Shown here in pieces: positions 48,701 through 50,728 of a stretch of DNA of 50,728 nucleotides. Origin of the DNA: Anaerohalosphaeraceae bacterium (GTDB lineage Bacteria > Planctomycetota > Phycisphaerae > Sedimentisphaerales > Anaerohalosphaeraceae). Below the pieces are notes generated by a model. That model was not told the DNA's origin. It made no database searches and saw nothing but the letters and a program-made list of their open reading frames with translations. Numbering within the stretch: position 1 is the stretch's first letter; each line of letters begins with the position of its first letter. The stretch spans positions 1-50,728 of the forward strand of contig JBNRMN010000053.1 of assembly GCA_050309605.1 (NCBI GenBank), in the 5' to 3' direction. The position numbers and the translations under genes were made by a program.

Positions 48701-48858
48701 ACCATCATTATCGCAACCGACGTGATATGGCATGCCCCTTTACGCAAGCGGCAGCTCAGGCCATACGGCCGGAGGGAGCGGGGCCGAATGCGGACTGCTG
48801 CGGGTTTGGAACGCTGCTGTTTTCACTGCCGGAGAAAGAGAACGGGAATGGCACATAA
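45748..48858 (+). CDS. Secreted fusion of a GH28/GH49-like right-handed beta-helix and an alginate-lyase-like (alpha/alpha toroid) domain
   Basis: IYFPAGTY, ISGRGIIDG, WVDG...GNDD in the N-terminal part; FVHPGLL, GNW, QESGRDQAHAQLG, NRLLKGFEYAAKYN in the C-terminal part. Confidence 0.75.
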   Translation: MIKYANQINRSSGFKAFELRIGILAVLAVFAADLFAAEGQRPAVHNYGKSGDDPATEVDESAILASDDLSENKQYRESIKYALVVNDTPVSVYKYQKGPIGSGHYNFDIARFASEDQTPTFEIQLKDNTIIETVEIYPERYYPQEAVRISSNRKTLTFSMSDKLRYCIININGTLTDRRMAGTPMLAVINDPPETDKPDVNAHNVLNFREFAAQYLKENPITDQIGQICRPAGSVTDTSRNTHEQFTWHYEAGKYVDQKERNVRFPNKRVRVKHDVSEAFQAALEHVRKNPELDTIYFPAGTYIWSGLSIRNWDGNGADGKLNIYLDEAALLVNRLQECKEAMEPAIGIWYSSNITISGRGIIDGNACYTLRLDRKDARDTPHQGGAMVVHSEDITFNDTYVRDTKQWNWECHTVKHVTFNNIKGLSPFDHAWVDGLNLTSGRNVTVNGAFTLGNDDTFATGHYNPSDEFPRRFLDELDRATGDEKARMETIKNEVCAAAAVYNKNRLKWDTDDSEHITVNDVLAWSGLANNVRLGANIRWKGEPGSFTSYKLKSYTFNNFNSVMRRCMDAIKLHGGSHGSPPGYETLIFRNCSFAGAGGNNVVVPTNTNNFRIDTVVIDNCWFEDPTLPFVFRDVKNLILKDIVAGGQLVTDIKQLPITLETIGQLTFTAYDRDSAQARFVHPGLLLSQRQIDLIKAKVAAGEQPWAGGYETLRQNKQAMHSYPVNGPYATVGRGRNPGDNVYKRQFDSDCNAAHYNALMWVITNDKRHAAKAMEILNGYAATLKEIVGTDKILMASLNGAKLLYAAELLRYSEAGWGPKDTAQFETMMLTVFYPVIRDFAPFANGNWSTGCVKTMMAIGVFCNDRTLFDRAIDWYYHGTDNGSLTGYIINDEGQSQESGRDQAHAQLGIAHLAEACEIAFNQGLDLYGAADNRLLKGFEYAAKYNLGHTVPFVPYRDTTGKYNHQVISDAARGRLWPVYEMVYHHYRNRRDMACPFTQAAAQAIRPEGAGPNADCCGFGTLLFSLPEKENGNGT

Positions 48859-49082
48859 AATTGGTGAATGTAAGCCGGTGATCCTTTTAATTCGTAAAGA
48901 AGAATCTCGATACGGAGATGTTATGTATCATACAATAACCCGTATCTGCCTTCGCGTTTTTTGCAGTACAGGGTCAACAGAGACAAAATGAGAATGGGTG
49001 TGTCGCTCTCATTTAACAAAACAGCAAGGGGCAAGGTATAATTGAAATAACGGTAATAGTCAAATGGGACTGGAGAAAAAAA

Positions 49083-50477
49083 ATGAACAAGTGGTTTGCG
49101 ATAGTTCTGTTACTGGGTCATTTCTCGTTGCCTTATGCCAATGCACAGCAGGCGAGTCGTCCGCAGCCGCCGGCGTTGGTGCCGGGCCCTGCTTATCTGC
49201 CGCCGGGCATGGTTTTCGGGGCTGCATTCAAAGACCGCATCCTGCCGATTCCTATCCACGAGGGTCTGGAAGAAGAAGGGATCTGGGGGGCCGACGGAGT
49301 CGTCCCTCGCGATATACACAACGGGATTGAAGACCCCAAATGGAGTTACTGGTGCATCTCCGGGTTTAAGGGCGCCGATAATCGCTATCATATGTATGCC
49401 TGCCGCTGGCCTGAAGACGACCCCCGCGGGCATAACGCCTGGCCCGCATCCGAAGTCGTTTACGCCACGGGCGATAAACCCACCGGCCCGTTCACCTATC
49501 AGTACACCATCGGCAAAGCTCATAATGCCGAAGTGGTCAAACTCAAAGACGGCACTTATGCCATTTTTCGTATCGGCGACACCTTTTATGTCGCCGACAA
49601 GCCTGAAGGTCCCTGGAAACTCTCTGACAGGAAGATCACTCTTGACCATAACGGCATGCGCGAAGAAAGGGTTGACAATCCCACCTTTACCTATCGCAAG
49701 GATGGCAGCCTGATCATGATCCCGCGTCACGGCGGCGTCTATCTCAGCCAGACCGGCGATCCGGAAGGCCCCTATAAAAAGGTTTGTGATCGCGCCTATC
49801 CGCCCGGTTACGAGGGCCGCTATAATCACCTCGAAGACCCCGTTGTCTGGCGAGGCCCCAGCCAGTATCATCTTATCGTTAATTATTGGCCCACCTGTCA
49901 GGCCGTTTATATGCGTTCTCTGGATGGTATTCATTGGGTTCACGAACCGGGGATTGCCTATGATACCAGTATCACCGCTTACGAAGACGGTACGCGCACG
50001 AACTGGTTCAAACTCGAACGGCCCAAAGTCCTGCTGGATGAACACGGCCGGGCCACCCATTTGCTGCTGGCGGCCATTGATGTGATCAAGAATGAAGACC
50101 GGGGCGGCGACAATCACAGTTCAAAGAGCAAATCCGTGCCCTTGGTCACCGAACGCCTGATCACCATCCTCAATGAGCAGCCTATCGGTCCGGAGACTCA
50201 TACCATCCGTCTGCGTGTCAAAGCCGAACCCGATTTCAACCCGCATACAGACATGGATATTAAATCGCTGCGGCTCGGCGCCTGGCAAGAAGTCAACTGG
50301 GGCCGCGGGGCCAAAGTGCAAAAGACAGTCAAACAGGGCGCCGATATGATTCTTGAATTTGATGCCAAAGGACACGGCATCATGGACGACAACATCGCCG
50401 CCAAACTGCTTGGCAAGACCTCCAAAGGCAGTCTGCTCTTCGGCTATGCCGTTCTGCCCGGTCAGCAACAGCTTTAG
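49083..50477 (+). CDS. Five-bladed beta-propeller glycoside hydrolase (GH43/62/32/68/117/130-like clan)
   Basis: Signal peptide; WSYWC..YHMYACRWPE, HN, EDPVVW, KLERPKV. Confidence 0.75.
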   Translation: MNKWFAIVLLLGHFSLPYANAQQASRPQPPALVPGPAYLPPGMVFGAAFKDRILPIPIHEGLEEEGIWGADGVVPRDIHNGIEDPKWSYWCISGFKGADNRYHMYACRWPEDDPRGHNAWPASEVVYATGDKPTGPFTYQYTIGKAHNAEVVKLKDGTYAIFRIGDTFYVADKPEGPWKLSDRKITLDHNGMREERVDNPTFTYRKDGSLIMIPRHGGVYLSQTGDPEGPYKKVCDRAYPPGYEGRYNHLEDPVVWRGPSQYHLIVNYWPTCQAVYMRSLDGIHWVHEPGIAYDTSITAYEDGTRTNWFKLERPKVLLDEHGRATHLLLAAIDVIKNEDRGGDNHSSKSKSVPLVTERLITILNEQPIGPETHTIRLRVKAEPDFNPHTDMDIKSLRLGAWQEVNWGRGAKVQKTVKQGADMILEFDAKGHGIMDDNIAAKLLGKTSKGSLLFGYAVLPGQQQL

Positions 50478-50728
50478 TAAGGCGGATATATGATCAAGAA
50501 CTGTCCCAAGCTCATGACGATAATGGCTGAAATAAACAATCAAGAATACCCACTTAACCGGAAAGGCATTTTATCCAATTCCTGCCAACCCAATATCCCT
50601 TCTTTTTAGCATTTCTTTAGCAATCCATGCGGGTCGGGGATTTTTTTCTGAACAGGTCGGACGATTGTAAAAAAAACGGCGTCATAAGTTTCGGTTAAAA
50701 CAAGAGTTGCCTGAAAGACTGAAAAAAA

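Overview
This is a GC-rich bacterial window. Its gene content points to a Planctomycetota/Phycisphaerae (Sedimentisphaerales-like) genome, which is an inference from the prepilin-type H-X9-DG protein, PEP-CTERM proteins, dockerin-like C-termini and a Rhodopirellula/Verrucomicrobium-type ECF sigma. From left to right: (1) the right end of an IS66-like element that truncates a PL10 pectate lyase; (2) a ~33 kb, mostly minus-strand pectin/rhamnogalacturonan utilisation locus with no SusC/SusD (DUF4450 protein, GH28-GH105 fusion, two Gfo/Idh/MocA oxidoreductases, esterase, prepilin-like protein, GH97, PL11, PL1). It contains two parallel cassettes in which a regulator (XylR-type AraC, or ECF sigma plus FecR-LamG) precedes a PEP-CTERM protein whose head domain is reused on a neighbouring dockerin-tailed protein; (3) housekeeping genes thrS-infC-rpmI-rplT-pheS, a phosphomannomutase and a VanZ protein; (4) a 1.33 kb recombinase-free insert at the thrS 5' end, bounded by a 148 bp duplication of the thrS promoter and first 9 codons, containing heptamer tracts, REP-like units and a low-GC LEA_2 lipoprotein gene; (5) three plus-strand secreted CAZyme genes (tandem GH43, beta-helix plus alginate-lyase-like fusion, GH43-like propeller). 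All family calls come from motif recognition by eye; no database search was run.
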